From a virus (taxonomy: Duplodnaviria; Heunggongvirae; Uroviricota; Caudoviricetes): a DNA stretch of 17,324 bases. Positions within the stretch are counted from its first letter, which is position 1. Every line of letters starts with the position of its first letter. The notes beneath the pieces were generated by a model, which worked only from the letters and a program-made list of their open reading frames with translations, had not been told where the DNA came from and made no database searches. Below are positions 1 through 7,652 of this stretch, piece after piece. A program made the position numbers and the translations under genes. The stretch lies in the IMG/VR virus record IMGVR_UViG_2693429706_000005; one strand, written 5' to 3'.

Positions 1-1665
1 ATGTGTTCAATTTTTGGCGTATTCGATATCAAAACAGACGCAGTTGAGCTGCGTAAGAAAGCCCTCGAGCTGTCACGCCTGATGCGTCATCGTGGCCCGG
101 ACTGGTCCGGTATTTATGCCAGCGATAACGCCATTCTCGCCCACGAACGTCTGTCAATTGTTGACGTTAACGCGGGGGCGCAACCTCTCTACAACCAACA
201 AAAAACCCACGTACTGGCGGTAAACGGTGAAATCTACAACCACCAGGCATTGCGCGCCGAATATGGCGATCGTTACCAGTTCCAGACCGGGTCTGACTGT
301 GAAGTGATCCTCGCGCTGTATCAGGAAAAAGGGCCGGAATTTCTCGACGACTTGCAGGGCATGTTTGCCTTTGCACTGTACGACAGCGAAAAAGATGCCT
401 ACCTGATTGGTCGCGACCATCTGGGGATCATCCCACTGTATATGGGGTATGACGAACACGGTCAGCTGTATGTGGCCTCAGAAATGAAAGCGCTGGTGCC
501 AGTTTGCCGCACGATTAAAGAGTTCCCGGCGGGGAGCTATTTGTGGAGCCAGGACGGCGAAATCCGTTCTTACTATCATCGCGACTGGTTCGACTACGAT
601 GCGGTGAAAGATAACGTGACCGACAAAAACGAGCTGCGTCAGGCACTGGAAGATTCAGTTAAAAGCCATCTGATGTCTGATGTGCCTTACGGTGTGCTGC
701 TTTCTGGTGGTCTGGATTCCTCAATTATTTCCGCTATCACCAAGAAATACGCAGCCCGTCGCGTGGAAGATCAGGAACGCTCTGAAGCCTGGTGGCCGCA
801 GTTACACTCCTTTGCTGTAGGTCTGCCGGGTTCACCGGATCTGAAAGCAGCCCAGGAAGTGGCAAACCATCTGGGCACGGTGCATCACGAAATTCACTTC
901 ACTGTACAGGAAGGTCTGGATGCCATCCGCGACGTGATTTACCACATCGAAACTTATGATGTGACCACTATTCGCGCTTCAACACCGATGTATTTAATGT
1001 CGCGTAAGATCAAGGCGATGGGCATTAAAATGGTGCTGTCCGGTGAAGGTTCTGATGAAGTGTTCGGCGGTTATCTTTACTTCCACAAAGCACCGAATGC
1101 CAAAGAACTGCATGAAGAGACGGTGCGTAAACTGCTGGCCCTGCATATGTATGACTGCGCGCGTGCCAACAAAGCGATGTCAGCCTGGGGCGTGGAAGCA
1201 CGCGTTCCGTTCCTCGACAAAAAATTCCTTGATGTGGCGATGCGTATTAACCCACAGGATAAAATGTGCGGTAACGGCAAAATGGAAAAACACATCCTGC
1301 GTGAATGTTTTGAAGCGTATCTGCCTGCAAGCGTGGCCTGGCGGCAGAAAGAGCAGTTCTCCGATGGCGTCGGTTACAGTTGGATCGACACCCTGAAAGA
1401 AGTGGCTGCGCAGCAGGTTTCTGATCAGCAACTGGAAACTGCCCGCTTCCGCTTCCCGTACAACACGCCAACCTCTAAAGAAGCGTACTTGTATCGGGAG
1501 ATCTTTGAAGAACTATTCCCGCTTCCGAGCGCCGCTGAGTGCGTGCCGGGCGGTCCTTCCGTCGCTTGTTCTTCCGCTAAAGCGATCGAATGGGATGAAG
1601 CGTTCAAGAAAATGGACGATCCGTCTGGTCGCGCGGTTGGTGTTCACCAGTCGGCGTATAAGTAA
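1..1665 (+). CDS. asnB: Asparagine synthetase B (glutamine-hydrolysing), full length 554 aa
   Basis: ORF-track protein begins MCSIFGVFDIKTDAVELRKKALELSRLMRHRGPDWSG with the N-terminal Cys2 of class-II glutamine amidotransferases; recognised as E. coli AsnB; TAA stop at 1663-1665 followed by a hairpin terminator. Confidence 0.95.
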   Translation: MCSIFGVFDIKTDAVELRKKALELSRLMRHRGPDWSGIYASDNAILAHERLSIVDVNAGAQPLYNQQKTHVLAVNGEIYNHQALRAEYGDRYQFQTGSDCEVILALYQEKGPEFLDDLQGMFAFALYDSEKDAYLIGRDHLGIIPLYMGYDEHGQLYVASEMKALVPVCRTIKEFPAGSYLWSQDGEIRSYYHRDWFDYDAVKDNVTDKNELRQALEDSVKSHLMSDVPYGVLLSGGLDSSIISAITKKYAARRVEDQERSEAWWPQLHSFAVGLPGSPDLKAAQEVANHLGTVHHEIHFTVQEGLDAIRDVIYHIETYDVTTIRASTPMYLMSRKIKAMGIKMVLSGEGSDEVFGGYLYFHKAPNAKELHEETVRKLLALHMYDCARANKAMSAWGVEARVPFLDKKFLDVAMRINPQDKMCGNGKMEKHILRECFEAYLPASVAWRQKEQFSDGVGYSWIDTLKEVAAQQVSDQQLETARFRFPYNTPTSKEAYLYREIFEELFPLPSAAECVPGGPSVACSSAKAIEWDEAFKKMDDPSGRAVGVHQSAYK

Positions 1666-1673
1666 GAAATGCG

Positions 1674-1707
1674 AAACAGCCCCGGTGAAATCCGGGGCTG
1701 TTTCAGT
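1674..1707 (+). terminator. Rho-independent terminator of asnB
   Basis: Perfect 12-bp inverted repeat aaacagccccgg (1674-1685) / ccggggctgttt (1692-1703) with a 6-nt loop, directly after the asnB stop; the T-run is partly within the stem. Confidence 0.75.
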
Positions 1708-2044
1708 TATTGAGGTGCTTGTTGATTCTGATATGCAGTAAGGAAATGTTCCGGGTTTGCCACATCACTGTTTGACAACTCATCACTGTAGGCCAGTATT
1801 TCATAGATTAATTTCCCACCACTATTGTTAAATTCCGAATTTCATCCTGTATGACAAAAGAATGGCTGTAGGGTGGGAAAAAACACAAAGTAAACAATAA
1901 TTGACGAATATAGCGCCACGCTGTTCGCAACCTAACCAAACAGTCACTTTCGAGCAATTTTCCTTGAAAAAGAGGTTGACGCTGCAAGGCTCTATACGCA
2001 TAATGCGCCCCGCAACGCCGATAAGGTATCGCGAAAAAAAAGAT

Positions 2045-2121
2045 GGCTACGTAGCTCAGTTGGTTAGAGCACATCACTCATAATGATGGGGTCACAGGTT
2101 CGAATCCNNNNNNNNNNATCA
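2045..2121 (+). tRNA. Elongator tRNA-Met (anticodon CAU); 3' T-stem and acceptor strand masked by N
   Basis: ggctacgtagctcagttggttagagcacatcactcataatgatggggtcacaggttcgaatcc matches E. coli elongator tRNA-Met through the T-loop. The 10 N then occupy exactly the length expected for the remaining T-stem and acceptor strand, followed by atca where ACCA is expected. Confidence 0.8.
2108..2117. other. Run of 10 ambiguous bases (N) at the tRNA 3' end and prophage junction
   Basis: Directly visible in the sequence; may be masking or an assembly gap. Confidence 0.99.
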
Positions 2122-2185
2122 GACCAGAACGCCAATTACAAGCAAAAATCAACAAAACAGTATTAGTTGATTGTTATCTCTGACT

Positions 2186-2326
2186 TCATACTCCTGCTCC
2201 TGTCAGGGTTTTGGCGTAATTCTTCAGTATTCGGTAATCGGTCAAAACAGAACCGGGGAAACGATATAAGCGCAGACGCCCCCAGCGGTGGCGAAGACGT
2301 TCTGCCATATAAAACTCAAACATCAT
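2186..2326 (-). CDS. ylcG: YlcG-like small phage protein (46 aa)
   Basis: Minus-strand translation gives [46 protein letters not shown]; start ATG overlaps the rusA stop (ATGA); same position as ylcG after rusA in DLP12. Below the ORF-track size cutoff. Confidence 0.6.
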   Translation of the reverse strand: MMFEFYMAERLRHRWGRLRLYRFPGSVLTDYRILKNYAKTLTGAGV

Positions 2327-2685
2327 TCATTCCCCATTTCGGTGATGGTCAGTTCCAGCCTCCCACCTTTGGTAACAGGCATCTTCACAACGCGGTAATC
2401 AACGACCTGAGCATCATCCAGCCAGAAACCTGCTTTAGTGAGTGCGTCAAAAGCGGCTTTTTGCAGATTATCCAGGTCACGGCGACGGCGATCCGGCATG
2501 TGGCACTCAATGCGGATTTTCACAGGCATAGCCAGGCCGATATCCAGCATTGCGTTTTTAATGATTCGGGCGACGTTATCGCGGTATGCCTGCCCCTCTG
2601 CGCTGACGTGCGTGCGCCCGCGATTATGGCGGTAATAGCGATTATTGCTCGGAGGCCAGGGTAATGTGATGCTGTAGGTATTCAC
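2323..2685 (-). CDS. rusA: RusA Holliday-junction resolvase (120 aa)
   Basis: Protein [37 protein letters not shown]... recognised as E. coli/DLP12 RusA; sits in the nin region order. Confidence 0.9.
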   Translation of the reverse strand: MNTYSITLPWPPSNNRYYRHNRGRTHVSAEGQAYRDNVARIIKNAMLDIGLAMPVKIRIECHMPDRRRRDLDNLQKAAFDALTKAGFWLDDAQVVDYRVVKMPVTKGGRLELTITEMGNE

Positions 2686-2972
2686 GCCTTAATAACCCCC
2701 TCTTTCAGCCAGATAACCTGTGTTCTCGCCATACCTTCCAGCGCGCATTCTTTTGCATATGCAGCATCGACAAAATGTGTGCGGCGGTCGATTTCGTCGT
2801 GGCAGGCAGAACATGCAATGGTGGCAATCAGGTCTGGCGGTTTGGTACCGGTGCCGCACAATCCAGTCAGCCGGATATGTGCCAGTACAGACGTTTCAGG
2901 GTTGCCATTACATACGCCAGGGATTCTTACCTGGCATTCCCGACTACGCGCTGCTTTTCTCAAATCAGCCAT
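2682..2972 (-). CDS. ybcO: YbcO-like DUF1364 protein (putative nuclease, Cys-rich), 96 aa from internal ATG
   Basis: [42 protein letters not shown]... recalled as DLP12 YbcO; ATG at 2970-2972 is preceded by AGGAGG, while the longer track ORF (to 3011) has no such signal. Confidence 0.8.
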   Translation of the reverse strand: MADLRKAARSRECQVRIPGVCNGNPETSVLAHIRLTGLCGTGTKPPDLIATIACSACHDEIDRRTHFVDAAYAKECALEGMARTQVIWLKEGVIKA

Positions 2973-3135
2973 GATTCCTCCTTGCTGCCAGTCGCAACCA
3001 TTTTTTATCAACCAGGCTGGCGGTATATCCGAGCAGTGTTGGTATTTCGGAAGGCTTCAGCTCCGGTTTACGCTTACGACGATCTGGTACTCTGTAGATG
3101 TGTCCGTTCATGACACGAATAAGCGGTGTAGCCAT
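2965..3135 (-). CDS. ninE: NinE-like protein (56 aa)
   Basis: Minus-strand translation [56 protein letters not shown]; its ATG overlaps the ybcN stop; below the ORF-track size cutoff. Confidence 0.7.
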   Translation of the reverse strand: MATPLIRVMNGHIYRVPDRRKRKPELKPSEIPTLLGYTASLVDKKWLRLAARRNHG

Positions 3136-3590
3136 TACGCCTCCTGCTTGTCGCGGAGCAGCTGGAACTCGCAGCTCTGCGGAATAGTCAGGTGGCAGCC
3201 AATATTCACCGCCCAGGCTTCAACCTTACACAGGAAGACATACATCTCTCCGGTATCAAGATCGGAGGTATGGCGTAACGACTGGATAGTGGTGATATCA
3301 CCGGTTACGACATCAACCAGGTCTTTGGTTTCATAACCGAGATATGTGTGTTTGAGAGCATCTTTTACCCAAGCTGGAGTGGCGAACGTTTTACCCTTGC
3401 TGATGAGGTATTCACTGATTTCGCTGTACCACATGTGGCTGAGTGCATTCTGGGAAAGACTGCGTCTCTCGCGCCACGGTTTAAGCACCATGCGAAAGCA
3501 TTTGCCGTCCTCCAGATAAGGCTGGATCTGCCGACCGATAGCGGTGAAGTTACCGCGATGCAATTTGATACCATCTTGTGGGAGGTTCAC
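3135..3590 (-). CDS. ybcN: YbcN / NinB-family protein (151 aa)
   Basis: [55 protein letters not shown]... recalled as DLP12 YbcN; GTG start at 3588-3590 preceded by GGAGG. Confidence 0.85.
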   Translation of the reverse strand: MNLPQDGIKLHRGNFTAIGRQIQPYLEDGKCFRMVLKPWRERRSLSQNALSHMWYSEISEYLISKGKTFATPAWVKDALKHTYLGYETKDLVDVVTGDITTIQSLRHTSDLDTGEMYVFLCKVEAWAVNIGCHLTIPQSCEFQLLRDKQEA

Positions 3591-3830
3591 GCTTCACCTC
3601 CGCAGAGGTCAAACGTTGGATGCAAGATATCGCAGGTGCATTTCTGCATCTGTGACTGGTTGAAAGGTGTTCTGATTGTCGTTTGCACTTTGAGTCCCCT
3701 CAAAGCGCAGAAGTCACCGGAGTTGTTCAGGCTCCGATGACATGATTATGGCGAGTTGATTATGATGAATCAATAGGTTCTTATGTCAAATGAACACTAG
3801 ATCCAAAGGAGGGTAACAATTATCATAGCC

Positions 3831-3848
3831 AATGAGATTAATCTCATT
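3831..3848. promoter_or_regulatory. Perfect 18-bp palindrome (candidate operator) just upstream of the 472-aa gene RBS
   Basis: aatgagattaatctcatt equals its own reverse complement; sits 7 nt upstream of the AAGGA ribosome-binding site (3855-3859) of the ORF starting at 3866. Confidence 0.4.
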
Positions 3849-3865
3849 TTTAATAAGGAAATTTC

Positions 3866-5284
3866 ATGAAATATTTCTCAACTGGTTTTTATGTTTCAAA
3901 CTCCACATCTCTAGCTGAGATCTTTAATGAATGTTTTTCTTGGGTAAACGACTCACCACATACAACTTTTATTCCAGCACAATTAGTATGTGATTATAAA
4001 AGCGAGGAGTACTTCATAGAGTCTAAAAATGAAAGAATTGATATAATAACTTATAAAAACAAAGATACTAGTTTAGGCTGTTTTAGGTATTCGAAAATAT
4101 CTGAGCCACACAAATGGGTAACAGATATTTCAATTAATAAAAATCTCAAAACTGATACCATGTGGATTCAGGTGGAATCTAGCGTTGTAAGCCAAGATGC
4201 AGCTTATCTAGCCCCGCAACCTAAGAAACCATTAGTTGTTATGAGATTGATTGATAAATTTTCTGGTGGTCTTGATGATATTTTCAAGGTGTCAGTCGAA
4301 CCTCATTCCTTAGATGATACTGATGAACATTTAAATATAGCAGCTAAAGTTATAAATGGTGAAACTGACAACAGACTACCAATAATATACGTTAGCTCCA
4401 AGTATTTTTTTAATGAACATGCTCACAATATCATCCCAGAACGCCTTGCAAGAAAGGTATGCGGATTAGCACATGTATTAATTGAGCCTAGCAATAGACT
4501 ATTTTCTATTAAGCTAAAAAATGAGACAAATGCTAAAAATGCCTATGCTGGTGCTGTTGGTATCTATTGGCCACGGGGTCAAAATATCAGTTTTTATCGC
4601 CGTGGTGAGAAAACCGCAAAAGAATTTGAAGATGAGTTATTTGATGATGTTGTAAGAGCTACGACTACAATGGCTCCTGTCTCAGATAGTGGATGGAGTG
4701 AGATACAAACCAGAAAAACGAAAGACTCTATTAACTCACTCAAAGAAAGAGGAGAATACACACGCGAACTGATGGCGCTTTACGAAGCCGATAATGTTGC
4801 GAAAGATGACCAAATAGAAGATCTTAAGCATAAGATCTCCTCTTTAGAGCACAGAGTACGCACTCTTCAATCACAAGCTTCAGCCCAAGGAAGCATTGTG
4901 CTTAATGCTGGTGAAGAGACTGATTTTTTTGATGGAGAAATCAAAAATATAATTATTGACGCACTAAAAACTGCCATAAAAAATAAAAATGAATTTGGTA
5001 GAAGCTACCATATCTTATCATCCCTAATTGCCAATAATGAATACAATAAAGAAACCGAGAGTCGCCGCCAATTACTTAAAAGGACTTTAACAGGTTACAG
5101 AAGCATGGATAGCGCAACACAAAGAAATTTAAAGGACTTAGGTTTCAGTGCGTCAAGCGATGGAAAACACTGGAAGTTAACATATAATGAAGACCCTCGA
5201 TATTCCTATATTTTACCTAAAACAGGAAGTGACCACAGAGGTTCTTTAAATGCTATCTCGGATATAGCAAACATTATTTTCTAA
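3866..5284 (+). CDS. Hypothetical 472-aa protein in an AT-rich island, family not recognised; candidate defence/moron gene
   Basis: Long uninterrupted ORF with AAGGA RBS 6 nt before the ATG; strongly AT-rich versus flanking phage genes; opposite strand to the surrounding early-right operon; central heptad-like stretch (…RELMALYEADNVAKDDQIEDLKHKISSLEHRVRTLQSQ…); no motif I can assign. Confidence 0.7.
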   Translation: MKYFSTGFYVSNSTSLAEIFNECFSWVNDSPHTTFIPAQLVCDYKSEEYFIESKNERIDIITYKNKDTSLGCFRYSKISEPHKWVTDISINKNLKTDTMWIQVESSVVSQDAAYLAPQPKKPLVVMRLIDKFSGGLDDIFKVSVEPHSLDDTDEHLNIAAKVINGETDNRLPIIYVSSKYFFNEHAHNIIPERLARKVCGLAHVLIEPSNRLFSIKLKNETNAKNAYAGAVGIYWPRGQNISFYRRGEKTAKEFEDELFDDVVRATTTMAPVSDSGWSEIQTRKTKDSINSLKERGEYTRELMALYEADNVAKDDQIEDLKHKISSLEHRVRTLQSQASAQGSIVLNAGEETDFFDGEIKNIIIDALKTAIKNKNEFGRSYHILSSLIANNEYNKETESRRQLLKRTLTGYRSMDSATQRNLKDLGFSASSDGKHWKLTYNEDPRYSYILPKTGSDHRGSLNAISDIANIIF

Positions 5285-5292
5285 TAAATTTC

Positions 5293-5318
5293 AATAGCAC
5301 TCACAAATGAGTGCTATT
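5293..5318. terminator. Bidirectional hairpin between the convergent 472-aa and 84-aa ORFs
   Basis: Perfect 11-bp inverted repeat aatagcactca (5293-5303) / tgagtgctatt (5308-5318) with loop caaa, 9 nt after the TAA of the 472-aa gene and 18 nt after the stop of the minus-strand ORF; flanks are AT-rich but lack a clean U-run. Confidence 0.55.
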
Positions 5319-5335
5319 GTTGCCACTGAATTACT

Positions 5336-5590
5336 CTATTTAAATTCAACTTTTATCCCTTTGTTTAGCAGGGCATCAGAAACTGCCTTTTTTGTAACAT
5401 TTATCCCTGCAAGCAATGCTTTATGCATTGGTCCCTTAAAAATTTCTACTTCTTCTTCAGTGAGTTTAGGCAATGTAATATAAATAACATCTTTCATCTG
5501 CTTGTTTTTATAGCATGAGCTTCTTGTGTGCTTACAATCGATATTTTCTTTATTTCCCAAAACATCATCCCCTTTATAATTCAGTTCCAC
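5336..5590 (-). CDS. Hypothetical small protein (up to 84 aa; true start uncertain), AT-rich
   Basis: ORF-track entry starts at a GTG with no RBS; internal ATGs at 5495-5497 and further downstream. C-terminal segment MHKALLAGINVTKKAVSDALLNKGI has a helix-turn-helix-like pattern. Lies downstream of ren in the same transcriptional direction. Confidence 0.35.
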   Translation of the reverse strand: MELNYKGDDVLGNKENIDCKHTRSSCYKNKQMKDVIYITLPKLTEEEVEIFKGPMHKALLAGINVTKKAVSDALLNKGIKVEFK

Positions 5591-5654
5591 ACATCAATTA
5601 TTTAGTTATCACGAATGTCGTAAAACTAAAATTAGTAACAATAATTGCTCATAC

Positions 5655-5942
5655 CTACTCTCTTCCATATAAAGCCAACACCCGCTTCATCGCGGCACTT
5701 TGACGACACTCCTTAAAAATCAGATTCGTGCTCACCTTTCCTTCCCGTTCTTCTCTGGTAGCGAACCGGTAATACACCGTTCGCCAGACCTTACCATCAA
5801 CGACCAGGATTCCTGACCGCGCCATTTTAGCCGCAGCCTGATTTATGCTGGTTACGGTTGCGCCTGTTACCGCGGCAACGTCCTGCGCACAGAAGTTCTT
5901 ATGAGTCCCCAGGTAATGAATAATTGCCTCTTTGCCCGTCAT
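5655..5942 (-). CDS. ren: Ren-like protein (95 aa)
   Basis: MTGKEAIIHYLGTHKNFCAQDVAAVTGATVTSINQAAAKMARSGILVVDGKVWRTVYYRFATREEREGK... recalled as close to lambda Ren; its start overlaps the P stop as in lambda. Confidence 0.8.
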   Translation of the reverse strand: MTGKEAIIHYLGTHKNFCAQDVAAVTGATVTSINQAAAKMARSGILVVDGKVWRTVYYRFATREEREGKVSTNLIFKECRQSAAMKRVLALYGRE

Positions 5943-6640
5943 ACACTTGCTCCTTTCAGCCCAAACTTCGCTTTGATTTCTGCGATCTTCGCCAGAGCCT
6001 GAACACGATTAAGCGGTCTCCCGCCCATGACAGGAAGTTGTTTTACTGGTTCAGGTATCGCCTCACCACGGTTAATTCGCGCTGTCATACAGGCCAGTTC
6101 ATCGGCAGCCTTGCGCCGTAATTCCGCATCAGTCAGCGCATTGGCCCGCATGTTCTGATACAGGTTGGTAACCAGCCAGTAGTGCGCGTTTGATTTCCAC
6201 GGATAAGACTCTGCATCTGGATACAGGCCACGTTTCCGGCAATACTCGTAAACCATATCAACCAGCTCGCTGGCGTTTGGCAGCCCGGCGGTAACGGATG
6301 CTTCTTCCCGGCACCAGGCAACAAACTGCCCGGGTGATGGCAGGAATGGTCGATTCTGCCGACGGGCTACGCGCATTCCTGCGTTAACCTGTTCCATCGT
6401 GGTGATCCCGTTTTCCCGGAAAGCCAGAACCCACTGGCGGCGGATTTCGTTCAGTTCGTTCTGGTCCCGGTTAGCCAGGCTCGCCGGGAAAGTTGCCAGT
6501 AACTGGCTGAACACACCATTGATGATCTGCGCTACCTGTTGTACCTGCGGCTTTTCGTCGTACTGTTCCGGCATGTTGTTGGCGATCCGGCGCATCTGCT
6601 CACGGTCAAAGTTAACCATCTGTGCGGCGATGTTTTTCAT
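5939..6640 (-). CDS. P: Replication protein P (233 aa, DnaB helicase loader)
   Basis: MKNIAAQMVNFDREQMRRIANNMPEQYDEKPQVQQVAQIING... recalled as near-identical to lambda P; start overlaps the O stop (ATGA). Confidence 0.93.
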   Translation of the reverse strand: MKNIAAQMVNFDREQMRRIANNMPEQYDEKPQVQQVAQIINGVFSQLLATFPASLANRDQNELNEIRRQWVLAFRENGITTMEQVNAGMRVARRQNRPFLPSPGQFVAWCREEASVTAGLPNASELVDMVYEYCRKRGLYPDAESYPWKSNAHYWLVTNLYQNMRANALTDAELRRKAADELACMTARINRGEAIPEPVKQLPVMGGRPLNRVQALAKIAEIKAKFGLKGASV

Positions 6641-7566
6641 AAATCCACCCCGTAAATCCAGTCAGTGTTTGTCAGGTCGAGTTTTGATTTTCCGGCTATC
6701 ACGCCAGCCTGTTGCTTGTTACGGTTGATTTCGAGTTGGGTCCACTTGTCGCGGAGTTTGGCCGGACTTAGCACGTTACCGGACCAGAAGTTGTCCTGGC
6801 ATGCCCAGCGGAACAGCACGCACATGTCGCGGTGGTTACGGCCGTCACGTTCACGCATCAGGCGGATATCGTTAGCCCACCCTGCAAAATTCGGTTTTCT
6901 GGCTGATGGCGCGATGGTCTTCACCATGTCAAACATCCACTCTGCGGCGGTCAGGTCTTCTGCTGTCCCCCACCTGCTGCCGCTCTGAATTGCAGCATCT
7001 GGTTTCTCCACAGGAAGATCGTTTTCTGGTTGGTCAGAGGATTCGCCAGAATTCTCGGACGAAAAAGGTTTTATATTGTCTTTTGTTAGTTTGTATTTTG
7101 TGTTTACCTGATTCGGGTAAGTGCCTTTACCTGATTTGGGTAAACTTTTCTTACCTGATTCAGGTAAATTTACCTCTTTCAGGTAAACTTTATTTTTCTT
7201 ACCTGATTCGGGTAATGTTGACCATTCACTGACCACATTATTAATGCCGATATTCCGCCCGCTCTGAATAAAAATCCCACGCTTTACCAGAACACTTTTT
7301 GCAGCAGAACACTTGTGCGGCAATATCCCGGTCAACTCGGAAAGTTGCTCGTTGCTCACCCAATCCAGTTTTTTATTAAAGCCATATGTTTTGCGCATGA
7401 CAGCCAGGAAGACCAGAAGCTGGTGCTGTGTTAATCCGGCCAGCATCACAGCTTCCAGCAACTCATTTGCAATGCGCGTATAACCATCATCGAGATCTGC
7501 CACGCGCGGCTCCTTTTGTGCCGCATCCGGCACTGGAAAATTGAATATCTCAGCAGTGTTTGCCAT
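6637..7566 (-). CDS. O: Replication initiator O (about 309 aa from the ATG at 7566)
   Basis: Translation from the ATG at 7564-7566 (preceded by GGGAGG) gives MANTAEIFNFPVPDAAQKEPRVADLDDGY..., resembling the lambda O N-terminus; C-terminal region lambda O-like; iterons lie inside the gene. The track ORF extends upstream to 7656 but that extension has no RBS. Confidence 0.85.
   Translation of the reverse strand: MANTAEIFNFPVPDAAQKEPRVADLDDGYTRIANELLEAVMLAGLTQHQLLVFLAVMRKTYGFNKKLDWVSNEQLSELTGILPHKCSAAKSVLVKRGIFIQSGRNIGINNVVSEWSTLPESGKKNKVYLKEVNLPESGKKSLPKSGKGTYPNQVNTKYKLTKDNIKPFSSENSGESSDQPENDLPVEKPDAAIQSGSRWGTAEDLTAAEWMFDMVKTIAPSARKPNFAGWANDIRLMRERDGRNHRDMCVLFRWACQDNFWSGNVLSPAKLRDKWTQLEINRNKQQAGVIAGKSKLDLTNTDWIYGVDL
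7105..7215. repeat. Origin iterons (five direct repeats of about 16 bp, consensus tacctgattcgggtaa) inside O
   Basis: Copies at 7105-7120, 7128-7143, 7152-7167, 7171-7186 and 7200-7215 with one to three substitutions each, flanked by AT-rich DNA; matches the ori-lambda arrangement of iterons within O. Confidence 0.85.
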
Positions 7567-7652
7567 AATTCCTCCCGCAATGAGTGTGTTACGATTTGCA
7601 CCTGAAAGTCGGTTCTGTTCCCGCAGACCGACTTTCGCCATTTCTGAACCTG

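Noticed and set aside
154-1607. Several 60-117-aa ORFs on both strands inside asnB
   Set aside because: All are nested within, or antisense to, the full-length asnB reading frame.
2045-2121. The tRNA-Met as the integration site of this prophage
   Set aside because: The integrase is lambda Int and the recognisable att core lies at the other end beside ybhC, so the tRNA-proximal end is a truncation or rearrangement junction, not the att site.
2779-3336. 185-aa plus-strand ORF, and other long plus-strand track ORFs spanning 2167-3740
   Set aside because: They lie antisense to the well-supported rusA, ybcO, ninE and ybcN genes and have no start signals; typical shadow ORFs.
3756-3773. Imperfect inverted repeat ttgatt…aatcaa upstream of the 472-aa gene as a second operator or -35 element
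   Set aside because: Only 6-bp arms with a non-palindromic spacer in AT-rich DNA, and no convincing -10 at the right spacing; could easily arise by chance.
7105-7215. Possible CRISPR array suggested by regularly spaced direct repeats
   Set aside because: The repeats are about 16 bp, imperfect, irregularly spaced and lie inside the O gene; this is the origin-iteron architecture, and no cas genes are present.
6399-7232. Plus-strand ORFs (109, 107 and 108 aa) overlapping P and O
   Set aside because: Antisense to the replication genes; the 6906..7232 ORF is largely a translation of the iteron repeats; no independent support.
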